A DNA stretch of 64,000 bases from contig CM060734.1 in assembly GCA_030704615.1 (NCBI GenBank), forward strand, positions 53,072,001-53,136,000, read 5' to 3'. The notes under the pieces are model-generated. The model saw only the letters and a list, made by a program, of their open reading frames with translations. It made no database searches and was not told the origin of the DNA. The position numbers and the translations under genes were made by a program. The DNA is from Takakia lepidozioides (taxonomy: Eukaryota; Plantae; Bryophyta). Position 1 is the first letter of the stretch, and each line of letters starts with the position of its first letter. Shown here in pieces: positions 48,526 through 62,414 of this stretch.

Positions 48526-49192
48526 CGTTTGATCTTTGAGGTGAAATCAACAAAGGTTGACTCCCTGCAATGTTGTATGGCGGAAAAGATTCCCAAACAG
48601 CACGGGGAAGTTCAAAGAGGGAACCACTCCTTGATCAAGTCAGACGTATGTGCAAGAACTTTCACCTCTAAAATATGCCCATGTGATGGGGCCTCCACTG
48701 TATGTAATTTGGATGGGGTGAACGAGAAAGTGGGAGCTTGAGACTTTCACTATTTCAAAGAATACACATGTGATCACTTCAATTGCAAGTACAAATTTGT
48801 GTACAGATCAGTAAGGCATGTATAATGTTGTATCACTGAGTTCAAAAGAAAAAATGTAAGTCTGTGATCAGCTAGTTGCCTGGGCAAAGCGTAGTCCAAA
48901 CCAAAAGATGCTCAACTAGTTACTCAAGTTCATTTAATTAAAGTGTAACATGTCCCTCTTTCAAAGCTTCGATTGTTGCTAGGGCACATCTGGTCATTCA
49001 ATCATGAATACTCTCAAACAGTCCAGATAGTAGAGAGTCCCATTCGGTCACAGAGTACATGGTCCTCAAGTAATTCTAAAAGAACCAAAAACTAAACATA
49101 AAGCTCAGCAACATTGTGGAATACCTAGAACTTTTGCCTAATGGTTTCACCGCCTCATCTTTTGACTCAAGGAGGTTGCTCATTTGATACCA

Positions 49193-52100
49193 TGTCACAG
49201 TTCCTAAAATCCCATAGACTTGACAAGACAAGACAATGACAACGGGAGAGAGATAGAACGCTTTCACGGAGCATAACATTAAAGATATGATCACATACAA
49301 GCATGAATATCTGCCTTGATGCCAACTGACATCTGAAACCTGTGTACCAACCAACGTAACAAATAACTACTAATAACTGCTACTCAACGTTCAGGTACCA
49401 TAGGGTGTGACGCTGCATATCATTAACACTCTCACTAAGCTAACACCCTAAACACTCAGTACTGACATAGCATGTCTACACCAGATGTATTTATCTCTCT
49501 TGGCACAACGTTAGTGAACACATCTGCAACCATCTCTTCAATGCTACAAAACTCTAGCAGTATCTCCTTACTCTCCACTTTCTCTCGAATAAAATGGTGT
49601 TGGATTTCTATATGCTTAGTTCTAGCATGAAACTTAGGGTTCTTAGTTAATGCTATACAACTCTGGTTGTCACAAGAGAGTCTAGTAGGATGAGGTTGCT
49701 CATGACCAATATTCTTGAGTAAACTCCTCAACCATACAATCTCCTTGGTTGCTTGTGTAGCAGCAATGTATTCTGCTTCGGTAGATGACAATGCAACTGT
49801 TGTTTGCCACTTACTACTCCAGCTAACAGTGGCAGAACTACCAAGCAAGAAAACATAGCCTGTAGTTGACTTCCGGTTATTAGGATGACCCGCCCAATCA
49901 GCATCACAGTATCCATGTAGCTCAATATGACCAGCAGCCTTCTCTTTACTCCCACTGAAACATAAGCCATGATCTTCAATTCCTTTAATATACCGGAAGA
50001 TTCGCTTTACAGCACTCCAATGTCATATGCCAGGATTTACTAGAAACTGGCTCACTACTCCCATAGCAAAAGCCAAGTCTGGTCTAGAACATACCATTAA
50101 GTACATCAAACTTCCCACAACACTTTGATATGGAACACTGCTCATAGCTTGCTTCTCTTCATCGCTTTGAGAACACATATCTGTACTCAACTTAACACCA
50201 GTTTCAAGGAGTACTCACTAGTTTGCAAAAGCTCATTCCAAACTTATTCAAAATAGTTTGAATATACTTCTTCTGACTTAAGTGTAAAGTACCCTTGTCC
50301 CTGTCTCGTTCAACTTGAATGCCTAGAAAATAATGGATGTCTCTAAGATCCGTCATATCAAATGTAGCATGTAAACATTGTTTTTCATGTTTCAATGCTT
50401 TCACATCATTGCTGACTAAAATTGAGTCATCTACATACAGTGCAATGAGTACAAACTTGTCCTATTTGAATTTAATGTACACATTACCATCTGCTAGAGA
50501 TGCCACAAAACCTTCAGAGATTAAATAACCATTAAACTTCTGGAACCAGGCTCGAGATGACTGTTTCAAGCCATATAGGGTTTTTATCAACTTACAGACC
50601 GAGTCTTCTTCTCCTGGAGCAATGAACCCTTGAGGCTGCTCCATATAAATCTTCTCCTCCAAATATTCATTTAAGAACGCGGTTTTCACGTCCATTTGAT
50701 GGCCCTCCATATTTGATAGTGCGGCAATAGCCAAAATAGTCCTAATAGAAGATATCTTTGCAACAGGTGAAAATGTCTCATTATAATCTCCTCATTCTCT
50801 CTGAGAAAAACCTCTTGCAACTAGTCTGGCTTTATACCTTTCCACTGATTGTCGCGCACCTCACTTCGGTAAGCTCCCCTTCACGTCATACTTACTCGCT
50901 TTGATGCGCGCGCCTAACTCCCAAACTGGTCGCCGGGCCAACTCGGAGCTTCGGCTGCTCACCGGGACATAACGGTCCCCCTCCTCCACAAGACCCTCTC
51001 TCACTTTGGGCTTAGTGGAAATTCCCTTTGGTTGTTGGCAGTCCAGAACAGCTCCCCACACCTTGGTCGCTTTCCGACTCGTCTTTCGGTCACCAACGGG
51101 CTTGCACCGTTCTTGGGGTTACTACTCCATATATATATACTTCTGTGATTGTCCGCGGGGGTTTCACCAACAACACTGTCTTTTTATGGCGAACCACCAC
51201 GAAGACCCTTGACTCCCGGTACCGAGTCGCGGTGAGTCTTGGCCCACCCACCACGGCCCCAATGGACCGTGATGAGTCCCAAGACTCCCCACGACTCCCA
51301 CTACAAGGTCTCCGCCCCATGGTGAGTCCTATGCCACCCCCACTAAGACCCAGTAAGCTACCACCATCCCTCGTGGAATTACCACCCCCACCGCAACTCA
51401 GTGTGCGGGGCTCCACCTAGTGAGCGTCTCCGCCTCCTTGAGTGCCTTGGGCACTCAAGGGTGCTTCAGCCCCCATACCTATTGTTGTCACTGCCTCCAC
51501 CACAAGGGCAGCCCCTCTTGTGTCCCGACCCCCTGCCCTCAAGGCAAAGGGCCGCGACACTGATTCATCTGCTTTAAGTTTGAGTTTATAGATCCACTTA
51601 CATCCAACAGTCTTTCTCCCTTGTGGAAGTTTAGTTAGCTTCCAAGTACCATTATTTAATAACGATACAAACTCTTCATTCATAGCCTCTTGCCATCTTG
51701 ACGACTCTTTATAATTGAGAGCTTCCTTAAATGACACTGGTTCTTCATTTTCAACAAGCATTGTTTGTGACAAATCGAGAGATCCTATGAGTCTTTGACT
51801 AGGTCTTCTCTCTCTCATGGACCTGCAAACTTGGATATCAAGTTGAACCCTAGGTACTCATAGTTGAGGTTGAGCCACTTGAACATTTGCTGGAATATTA
51901 CTTGGCTGTGGTGTCTCTATTTTCTCATCAGAGCCAAAGTCACAATCTTCGTCCATGTCCAAACCTAGATCCACATCCGATCCCTTCTCAGGCTCACCAC
52001 CTCGAAGTGTCTTTGGTTTCCATGCTTCATTGAAAACCACATCACGACTAACTAACAAGACTTTGTTAGCTAGATCAAACAACCGATAGGATTTACTGGC

Positions 52101-54549
52101 TTCCGAATAACCTACAAAAATACACTTTGTGCTTTTATCATCAAGCTTCTTCTTCTTCTCCTTAGGGATATGAACAAAAGCTTCACAACCAAAAACACGT
52201 AAATGCTTCAATGAGGGCTTCTGACCAGTCCAAACTTCCTCCGGTGTCCTTCCTGGCACAACACTTGTAGGTATCCTGTTTAATACAGAGTTGGCCGTTT
52301 GCACAGCATCTGCCCACCTTTTGTTGTCTAACCCACTATGCTTCAACATTGTCCTTGCTGCTTCTACCAATGACTGGTTCTTACGTTCAACCACCCCGTT
52401 CTGCTCTGGGGTGTAAGGAGTAGTCAATTGACACTCAATTCCTTCTCTCATGCAAAATTGAGCAAAAGCATTTGACTTGTTCTCCCCTCCGTTGTCAGAG
52501 CGCAATTTCTTGACTCGCTTCTCTGTCTGTGTCTCCACCAGAGACTTATAGATCTTGAACTTGTCTAAAGTTTCACTTTTATTCTTCAGAAAATAAACTA
52601 GTGTTCTTCTAGACAAATCATCTATGAACGTCATAAAGTATTTTGCTCCTCCAATTGATATTATGATGCATGGGGCTGCAAACATCTGAAAGTACCAACT
52701 CCAAGAGCTCTACAACACAACTTCCTCCTCCTTTAGGAAATAAATGCTTATGTTGTTTGTCAAATATGCATTCTTCGCAAAAAGAGGTTCCAACTGAGCA
52801 ATCAATATTGAAATCTTGAACCATGTTCTTAGAATACATTAGACGTAGAGTTTTAATACTAAGATGGGCCAGCCTACAATGCCAAAGATCAACTCTTCTG
52901 TTTTTGACGATTAAGGCACTTTCAGATGCTTTATCTTGAGGTAAGACTGAAGAAGCACTCAACTTATATAAGTTACCTTCTCTCATCCCCTTCGCTACCA
53001 TATCTCCATCTGTTGTCTTCAAAAGACAATAATTAGCATGAAACTCAAGTTGTAATCCAGAGTCGATAACTTTACTCACTGACAGTAAATTCTTGGTCAA
53101 CCCTGGAACAAATAACACATCATCTATATACTTCTTCCTTCCTTCTTGCATAAAGCAAACCTGGCATTGACCCTGAATTATGTGACTATTGTGGTATCCC
53201 AAGTAAACCTGCCGAACAAGATCCCATTGTTTGTACTTTACAAATAGATCTTTGTTAGAGGTCATATGTTGAGAAGCCCCCGAGTCAATATACCAGTCAT
53301 CAAGATCCTTTGAGAAAGAACTAGAGAGAGCTGTAACAAATAGTTTCTCACAATCAGTACTATCGGCATCCTCCACTGAGTTAGCTTGGATCTTTCCATC
53401 TCCCTTCTTCATCTGTCCGTCTGCCATTCTCTTCCTACATTGCTTCGCCACGTGTCCGACTTTCTTACAATAAAAACATTTACCCTTAAATTCTTTTTTC
53501 GTAGGTGTAAGAGAACTACTTGACAAACTATTTGACGACCTTTTTGTTTGTGTACTACTAAGAATCATATTGTTATTTTTATTACTTTTGAGGCTCATTT
53601 CTTTTTATTAAGACCTGATTTCCTTCCAACAAATAAAGCAACACTCTCAGTTGTCCCGACCCCGAAATCTCTTCGCCTCATTTCTTCTTGTAGTAGCATT
53701 CCAGTTAGTTTTTCTATAGTTAACGCTTGCTGACTACTAAGAGAAATGACTAGGCTATCAAAAGATTTTGGTAGACTACCTATTAAGGTGACTACCTGAT
53801 CGTCTGCAGACATAGGAGACCCTACCCCTGCCAATTGATCGATTAATGATCTAAAGTTACTAACATGCTCTGCTACATATTCTAATTCAAACATTTTTAA
53901 ACAGAGCGGTCGTCTTCTTAAATAAAGCTTAGAAGTGACATCTTTTATTTCAAATATTGTCACTAAATGATCCCACGCTGCCTTAGATGTTGTAGCCTGA
54001 CTGACATGCAAAAGTTGAGAGTCTTTTAAGTTTAATGGGATTGATGCAAGTGCTTTTCCATCTCTCTTCTCCCACTCTTTCACAACATTTTGATCTGTAG
54101 CTCTTTGCTTCAGTCCCGTCTACTATGGACCAAAGATCTCTATCTAATAATAGCATTCGGATCTTCAGCTTCCAAATATGGAAGTTTTCTCCGTCGAACG
54201 TACATATTAAACGGAGTTTTCCCGAGTTCCTGATTACTCCAGCCATGCTTACGAATTGATCTAATTCTCAATTAGAAACGACACTGTCTTTCCGCCTTGC
54301 TTCTATGTGGCTCTGATACCATGTCACAGTTCCTAAAATCCCATAGACGTGACAAGACAAGACAATGACAACAGGAGAGAGATAGAACGTTTTCACGGAG
54401 CATAACATTAAAGATATGATCACAATACAAGCAGGAATATCTGCCTTGATGCCAACTGACATCTGAAATCCGTGTACCAACCAACGTAACAAATAACTAG
54501 TAACTGCTACTCAACATTTAGGTACCATAGGGTCTTCATATCATTAACA
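49193..54549 (-). mobile_element. Full-length but frameshifted Ty1/copia LTR retrotransposon
   Basis: LTRs 54322-54549 (5') and 49193-49428 (3') with TG..CA ends. PBS TGGTATCAGAGCC (tRNA-iMet) at 54309-54321. Order gag, CCHC knuckle, protease (WYIDSGAS), integrase, RT, RNase H. TSD GATAC at 49186-90 and 54550-54. Confidence 0.95.
50850..51559. mobile_element. 710-bp solo LTR nested in the copia RT
   Basis: TGTCGCG...CGCGACA termini, 5-bp TSD CTGAT (50845-49 and 51560-64). It interrupts the RT motif KLKADESV|ERYKARLVARGF. Confidence 0.85.
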
Positions 54550-56241
54550 GATACGAGCCTGCAAAGTCCCACTAAAACTTTCTGAAATTTGCCATGCATA
54601 AAAGCAAGATCCTGTAGTTATAGGTCTAAAAAATGGCACACTAGTCTCGGTCTCTACTTCCATGGAGGACATTGTCAGGATTATTAATTGTACATTGACT
54701 GCGCACAACTCTAGAAGCGGGATTGATCATGGCAACGCAACCTTCACAAACTGAGGTTTCCTACCAAGAAAGATGCAATGAATGAATTTAGAGTAAGAGT
54801 AGTCCCGCATTTTGGAGAGATGAACGTGTGCAGTTTTGAATTGGATTCGAGATGGATTCATGATGGAGACTTATTTGCACTTTACATGGTCAAAATTTCA
54901 TTGCAGCTTCTCGGATAATCTTCCATTTCTTCCCATTTTCATGAATGAGATTTGGGTGAAATGCCAAATGCCGCGTCATCGACCTAGTAGAGAGTTCTTT
55001 AAAATCAATGGATCGAAATAGCCATTGTTATATGCCCAATAATGAGGTACTACTTTTGGTGCAATGCAAAGTCAACATTTGGAGCCAGTGACGGAAATTG
55101 ATTCAAACAGTAATGTACACACCCAACAATCAGACCAGATGAGCACATTCGAGCAAGTCACTGCAACAACAAACCTAAGAACGACACTGACTGACTGACT
55201 GCCCTAGTATCCCCTCCTAAGATACGCCAAGAATATCAAACGTGGCAGATCAAGATATGACCATGATGTGAGATGTCACATGAAGTCACATTATCTAGCA
55301 CTGCAAAAATCGAAAGCCCGGTCGACCTAGAATCAACGGGAGTTGCAGCATTCAACTAAAGCATACATGCATTGCAAACAGTAACAGTGACTCACATTTA
55401 TTCATGACTGAATTTAGTGAGGGAGCTTAAATTGCAGCCTGGTCCCCGAGCAAACGATCAGATGTACTGCATTCTGAGGAAATCGATTCACATCGCTTTA
55501 CTTCGGCAATCGCTACATCTCGAGATTGCCAAGCAGCACTAAATCTTGACGAACAGGGGACTCTAGGGACTCTGGGACCATAGGGCACTGGCTGAACCGA
55601 CCAGTTTGATCACCGCATCCGACCACAGACAGATTTAGTTAGATACTAAACCGCAGCTGATACTAAGCAACTAACATAATTCAAGAACAGGCTGTTAGAA
55701 ATTTCAAAATGGAACAAATAACCAATCCAGAGTCATTGGTCAGAGCCACTGGCCGCCACAACTCGCTGAGCATCTCCGTGTTGGAGTCCCACTCCCGTTA
55801 CCAAAGCTCTGGCCAGCGCCACTCTCTTGGACCGTCCGTTGCATGGCTTCGGCCCGTACCAAACATTAGTGTGGGACGGTGTATCCTGGAAAGGCCGAGT
55901 ATCAGATCCATGTCAATCATCAACAGGGGGCCAACACATCTTTCTACTTCTCCTGTCATCTACATGTATGTACATACTGAGTCGAATTTTAACTGTACAT
56001 ACACACAAGTCAAGACTTAGGATTGACCATTCGGTTAGCAAGCGGAAGTGAGCTCAAGGTCTTCATTTTCTCCCAAGTAGGTGCAAGTGAACCCCAAAGA
56101 AAGACATTAGAACGAGAGGCCTGCGGAAAGGACCTACACAAGGAACTACGCAAGCTCATCTAAGTTACCAAAGCAATACTGGTCATAGATCTCGATTAGA
56201 TCCTTAGGTCAAAATTTGCTTTGGCCCCCAGGAACAGTTCA

Positions 56242-56568
56242 TCAATGTGAGGAAAAGAAAGACTCACGGCCGCATCTAAAGCCAGCAAGATTGTATCGTC
56301 CGCATTTCTTGGGGAGCTGCAAGGCATTGTTGATCATCTGGCTCGGGTAGCTTCCAGACAACAGGTTCCTGCATAAGCAATTCGGGTCCACCTGTCTCAC
56401 AGCATTGCAGCAGCTGGGGGTTGGAGTCCCAACTTGCGGCCCACGCACAGCGCCGTAGCAAGGCCACAGTGAGTTGATATTGCACTGTGCTGCGCTGGCC
56501 TCGGCCATCATGGCCAGCACCACCACGAAGCAGAGCCCAAGTGCAGCAACACGTTTGCTTCCCTCCAT
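56242..56568 (-). CDS. nsLTP type D-like (copy 3)
   Basis: Same 8-Cys protein; downstream flank more diverged than in the other copies. Confidence 0.9.
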   Translation of the reverse strand: MEGSKRVAALGLCFVVVLAMMAEASAAQCNINSLWPCYGAVRGPQVGTPTPSCCNAVRQVDPNCLCRNLLSGSYPSQMINNALQLPKKCGRYNLAGFRCGRESFFSSH

Positions 56569-56783
56569 CTTGGACAGCTACAGAACAATACACAGACTTC
56601 AACCCGCAGGAAAACCCAGCGGAGTACACAGTCGCCTTTCCGGGCGGACTGAAAGCAAAAGAGATGAAACAAAGCTGCAGCTGCAGCCTTGAGATGTGGA
56701 GAAAGAGAAACGTTGGTGTTTATATAGGAGCTGGGATAGACGGAACCTTCACAGACCCCAGCTTACCCACCGCCTTACCGCCC

Positions 56784-59700
56784 ACAGGGACGATGAGCTG
56801 CATAAAGGCCCCTCCTATTTCAGGATGTAGCACCGTTGGTTTGGGGTTGACCTTTGTCTGGTACATCAATGATGCTTTCAATTCATTCTCCGAAAGTCAA
56901 ACCTGGCACGATACGGCCGTAAATACAACTGGGCGGTAAGGCGGTATGTAAGCTGGGGTCTGTGAAGGTTCCGTCTATCCCAGCTCCTATATACTCCGCT
57001 GGGTTTAGATCTTCCTGCGGGTTGAAGTCTGTGTATTGTTCTGTAGCTGTCCAAGATGGAGGGAAGCAAACGTGTTGCTGCACTTGGGCTCTGCTTCGTG
57101 GTGGTGCTGGCCATGATGGCCGAGGCCAGCGCAGCACAGTGCAATATCAACTCACTGTGGCCTTGCTACGGCGCTGTGCGTGGGCCGCAAGTTGGGACTC
57201 CAACCCCCAGCTGCTGCAATGCTGTGAGACAGGTGGACCCGAATTGCTTATGCAGGAACCTGTTGTCTGGAAGCTACCCGAACCAGATGATCAACAATGC
57301 CTTGCAACTCCCCAAGAAATGCGGACGATACAATCTTGCTGGCTTCAGATGCGGCCGTGAGTCTTTCGTTTTCTCACGGTGATGAACTGTTCTTGAGGAA
57401 AGGCAATATTTTGACCTCAGGATCTAATCGCTCGAGCTGACCAGTGTTGCTTTGGTAAAAATGAGCTTGTGTAGTTTCAAACTATCCGCGTGATAGCATT
57501 CAAATTTAATGTAGATTGTTACCTCAATTCAGTGTAGATGATTTTCTCAGCTTGCGCGGCTTACACCTCCAGTAATTATGACTTCAAGGGCCTTTTCAGC
57601 CTCTCGTCCTCATGTCTATCTTCGGGGTTCACTTGCACCGTACTGAGAGAGCATTCAGACCTTGAGCTCACTTCCGCTTGCGAACCAAATGCTTGAGTCT
57701 TGACTTGTATGTATGTACCTGTATTTACAAATCGACTAAGCACTAAAATGTAGACGATGTCCAGGAAGTTTTGTTGGCCCCGTGTTGACCATTGTCCATG
57801 CATGGCCTATGCAGGATACACCGTCCCACACTAATGTAACTTAGCACGGGCCAAAGCGAGCCCTTGTCGCTGGCCAGAGCTGTCGAGTGGACCCCAACAT
57901 GGAGAACTCTTCAGGAGCAGCGAGTAATTGTGGCGGCCAGCACTTGGCTCTGACCAAAGACTCAGGATTGGTTATAATTTGTTGGATTCTGAAATTTCTG
58001 TAAGCCTGTCTTTGAATCCAGCAGTTGCTTAAATTTATGTGCTCTGGTTTAGTATCTAGCTAATTCTATCTGTGGCCGGATGTAGGGAATTTCCAAACTG
58101 GTCAGCTCAGAATTAATGCTGGCCAGTGCTCTATGGTCCAGTTAGTTGTTGAGTCCCTAGAGGTCCCTCATGTTTGTTGTCAGTTCTTCTTGGTAGTCTC
58201 GAGATTTATAGCGATTGCTGAACATAATCATTCCTTGTGAGTCGATTTCCTCAGTATGCAGTCCTGGTCATTCACTCGGGGACTCGGGAATTGAAGCTCA
58301 CTCACTGAATTTCACTCTCATAAATAAATTTTGACCAAGATGTTAATTATGACCCGCATATTGTTGTCCAAATACGTTTGTAATCCATACATGTGTGCTT
58401 TACTTCATGAATGCTGCAACTCCCCGTTTATTTCAGGTCGGGCTTTCGGTTTTTGTAGTGCTTGATACAGACGCATTATGTAAGACCTGATGTGTGTGTA
58501 ATAAGTTGACTTGCTGGAATGTGATTACCTTGTGAATGTATGCATCCTTGAGCATGTATTACTGTTTGAATGACATTTCATCACTGGCCTTTTCGTTAAC
58601 TCCATGAACTTCAAGTTTGCAGGGCACCAAAAGAAAAAGCTACTGGGCATTGATTTTGAGATGCCATCTGAAACTTGCAAATATGTGAATGGGCTTGTGA
58701 AGGTTCATCTGACAATGCCTGAATTCGATCTAGAACGAGTTCTCTAGATACCAGTTGGGTTGACACAACAATTGGTCCGGCAAAATTTTCTTGAACTATA
58801 GTCCATATCACATATTCATCATATTAGCCTCCTTTGTTCATCCTCCTGCACATGGTCTCTGAGCGGCATCTTCGTAGGGGTTCAGCTTGTGAAAGTTGGA
58901 TTGCCATGATCCTGCTTCCCGAGTTGTGAGCAGTTTATGTATATAGTGACCCTGACAATTTCCTTCATGGAAGTCCGTACACCAGCTCTCACCGACAGTT
59001 CTCAGCTTTGTGGAATGTGACGAAAAGACGGCTACAAGAATGTGCACGATCACTGACTCACCCAGACAAGCAGAAAATAAGAGAATAAATTTTAAAATAG
59101 TGGGTTTTGGGTTGCTACTTGCGAATGTGGGGAGAAGTCATGTGTTCATTTGTGCAGCGACAACACGGTCAGCAAAGGGGGTTGTTTCTATAAGCCTTCA
59201 ATGTCCTTCAATGTCCATGTTTTCAGATCCACTCGGTCACACTTAACTATGAGATATCATAACAATAGGCCCACCCCTGAACGGGCAGTACGGGCTACGG
59301 CCGGAGTATTCTCGACCTGCGAAATCATGAATTGAAACTCGTAGGAAGAACCTCCGTAAACAAGTACTCACAGATGCAAACATCACCTATAATCACATCC
59401 GGATATATATCAATGTTTTGGTGGAACGCTGCGTTTTCAAATCCTACTGATGCTTCTTCCAGATGTTCATCAGCAACTAATCCGTCATCAATCTCTCCGA
59501 GTGCTCCTCGATTTCATCATGACTGCCAAAAACCCGTAGGAACGTTGAGCGATTCTCACATGACAAGGTAATCTGCAAGACATTCCAATGTGTTACATCG
59601 AATTCAAGTCTGCGGAGTCACCGGAGACGAAGTCGGGTGCCATCGACATGGGGACGTTGAGCTCCATAAAGGCCCTCCTATTTCAGGATGTAGCACCACT

Positions 59701-59793
59701 GGTTTTGGGTTGACCTTGGTCTGGTACATCAATGATGCTTTCAATTCAGTCTTCTTAAGTCAAACCTGGCACGACACCGCCGTAAATACAACT
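56784..59793. other. Precisely inverted 3010-bp unit of the LTP tandem array
   Basis: Both junctions reconstruct the uninverted unit at about 19795-19955 with no base gained or lost. Confidence 0.8.
57056..57382 (+). CDS. nsLTP type D-like (copy 4), with a 96-bp deletion between TATA box and 5' UTR
   Basis: Same protein. 'cagctcctatatactccgct' lacks the segment equivalent to 20010-20105, with TATA microhomology at the junction. Confidence 0.88.
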   Translation: MEGSKRVAALGLCFVVVLAMMAEASAAQCNINSLWPCYGAVRGPQVGTPTPSCCNAVRQVDPNCLCRNLLSGSYPNQMINNALQLPKKCGRYNLAGFRCGRESFVFSR

Positions 59794-62087
59794 AGTAATG
59801 GCCCTCACAAGTTTAGCATTATGTACCGGATGCTGCACCCGACTTCGCCTCGGTGACTCCCCAGACTTGAATGCAATGTAACACATTGGCATGTCTTGCA
59901 GATCAACTTGTCATGTGAGAATCGCTCAACGTTCCTACGGGGTTTTGGCAGTCATGATGATATCGAGGAGCACTCGGAGAGATTGATGATGGACTAGTTG
60001 CTGATGAACAGAAGAATCATCAACTAGTAGGATTTGATAATAGTACAGCGTTCCACCAAAACATGACCTATATCCGGACGATAATGTTTACACATATATG
60101 TTATGTTTGCATCTGTAATAAGTATTTGTTACGGAGGTTCTTCCTACGAGTTTCAGTTCATGATTTCGCAGGTCGAGAAGACTCCGGCCGTAGCCGACAG
60201 GCCCCCTTCGCCTTGCCGGTACTGCCCCCTTCAGGATTGGGCCTATTATTATGATATCTCATACATAGTTGTGTGTGAGCGATTGGATCTGAAAACATGG
60301 ACATTGAAGGCTTCTCTTACCGAGAAACAAACCCCCGTTGCTGACCATGTTGTCTGCACAAAGCTGCCTGCCACATGCCTTCTCCCCACTATTTTAAATT
60401 TATTGTGTGCTTGTGGTTGAGTCAGTGATCTTGCATATTCTTGTAGCCGTCTTTTTGTCACATTCCACAAAGCTGAGAACTGTCGGTGAGAGCTGGTGTA
60501 CGGATTTCCATGAACCTGAAATTGTCAGGGTCACTATATAATTCTACATAAACTGCTCACAACTCTGGAACAACTGATGGTAATATGATGAAATATGTGA
60601 TGCATGGACTATCGTTCAAGAAAATTGTGTAAGACCAATTGTTGTGACAACCCAACCGGTAGAGAACTCATTCTAGATCGAATTCACGCATTGTTACATG
60701 AACCTTCACAAGCCCATTCACATGTTTGCAAGTTTCAGATGGCATCTGAAAATCAGTGCCTGGCAGTAGCTTTTTCTTTTTGTGCCTTGCAAAGTTCATG
60801 GAGTTAACGAAGAGTCCAGTGATGAAATTTCATTTAAACAGTAATACACAATCAAGGATGCATTCATTCACAAGGTAATCACAAGTCAACTTATTACACA
60901 CACATCAGGTCTTACATAATGAGTCTGTATCGTCCGGAGCAGCAGGTTATACAGTGATCTGTCTCAGCAGAACACTGCATCGCATCTTATCATCACATAC
61001 AAGCTGCACAACAAATGACTGCCTGCCTTATAATCCCCTCCTAAGAAGTTCCAAGAATATGGCCGGTGGTAGAACAGATCAAGAAATGACAATTGATAGG
61101 AGATGACACACTGTCACATCATCTAGCACTACAAAAACCGAAAGCCCGACCTGGAATGAACGGGAACTCGTTGCAGCATTGAAATGAAGCACACATGTAT
61201 GGATTGCAAACGTATTTGGACAACAATGTGCGGGTCATGAATAACACTAAAATAACAGCTTGGTCAAAATTTATTTATGAGTGAAATTCAGTGAGGGAGC
61301 TTCAATTCCCGAGTCCCCGAGTAAAGACCAGGACTGCATACTGAGGAAATCGATTCGCAAGTGTTTTTCATCAGCAATCGCTATAGATCTCGAGACTACT
61401 ACGCAGCACTGACAACAAACAGGAGGGGCCTCTAGGGACTCAACAACTAACTGGACCAGGAAATTCCCTACATCCGGTCACAGATAGGCGAATTCTAGGT
61501 ACTCAACCGCAGAGCACAGAAATTTAAGCAACTGCCATTCAAGAACAGGCTTATAGAAATTTCAGAATCCAACAAATAACCAATCCAGAGTCACTGGTCA
61601 GAGCCAAGTGCTGCCGCTACATTAATTACTCGCTGCTCAGAGTTCTCCATGTTGGAGTCCCACTCCATTACGAAAGCTCCGGCCAGCGCCAAGGGCTCTC
61701 CTTGGCCCGTACTATGTTACATGTTAGTGTGGGACGGTGTATCCTGCATAGGCCATCCACGGACAATGATCAACACGGGGCCCACAAATCTTCCTGGACA
61801 TCGTCTACCTGAGTCGAATTTTAACTGTACATACATACAAGTCAAGACTCAAGCATTTGGTTCGCAAGCGGAAGTGAGCTCAAGGTCTGAATGCTCTCAT
61901 AATTACTGGAGGTGGGCTAGTAAGCCGCGCAATCTAATCGAGAAAACCATCTGTACATTATATAATTTGAATGCTATCACGCGGATAGTTTGAAACTACA
62001 CAAGCTCATTTTTACCAAAGCAACACTGGTCAGCTCGAGCGATTAGATCCTGAGGTCAAAATATTGCCTTTCCTCAAGAACAATTCA

Positions 62088-62414
62088 TCAACGTGAGAAA
62101 AAGAGAGACTCACGGCCGCATCTGAAGCCAGCAAGATTATATCGTCCGCATTTCTTGGGGAGTTGCAAGGCATTGTTGATCATCTGGTTCGGGTAGCTTC
62201 CAGACAACAGGTTCCTGCATAAGCAATTCGGGTCCACCTGTCTCACAGCATTGCAGCAGCTGGGGGTTGGAGTCCCAACTTGCGGCCCTCGCACAGCGCC
62301 GTAGCAAGGCCACAGTGAGTTGATATTGCACTGTGCTGCGCTGGCCTCGGCCACCATGGCCAGCACCACCACGAAGCAGAGCCCAAGTGCAGAAACACGT
62401 TTGCTTCCCTCCAT
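62088..62414 (-). CDS. nsLTP type D-like (copy 5)
   Basis: Same protein, inside the right arm of the long inverted repeat. Confidence 0.9.
   Translation of the reverse strand: MEGSKRVSALGLCFVVVLAMVAEASAAQCNINSLWPCYGAVRGPQVGTPTPSCCNAVRQVDPNCLCRNLLSGSYPNQMINNALQLPKKCGRYNLAGFRCGRESLFFSR

Noticed and set aside
50861-51420. Several overlapping ORFs inside the copia element
   Set aside because: They lie within the GC-rich solo LTR and show no domain similarity.
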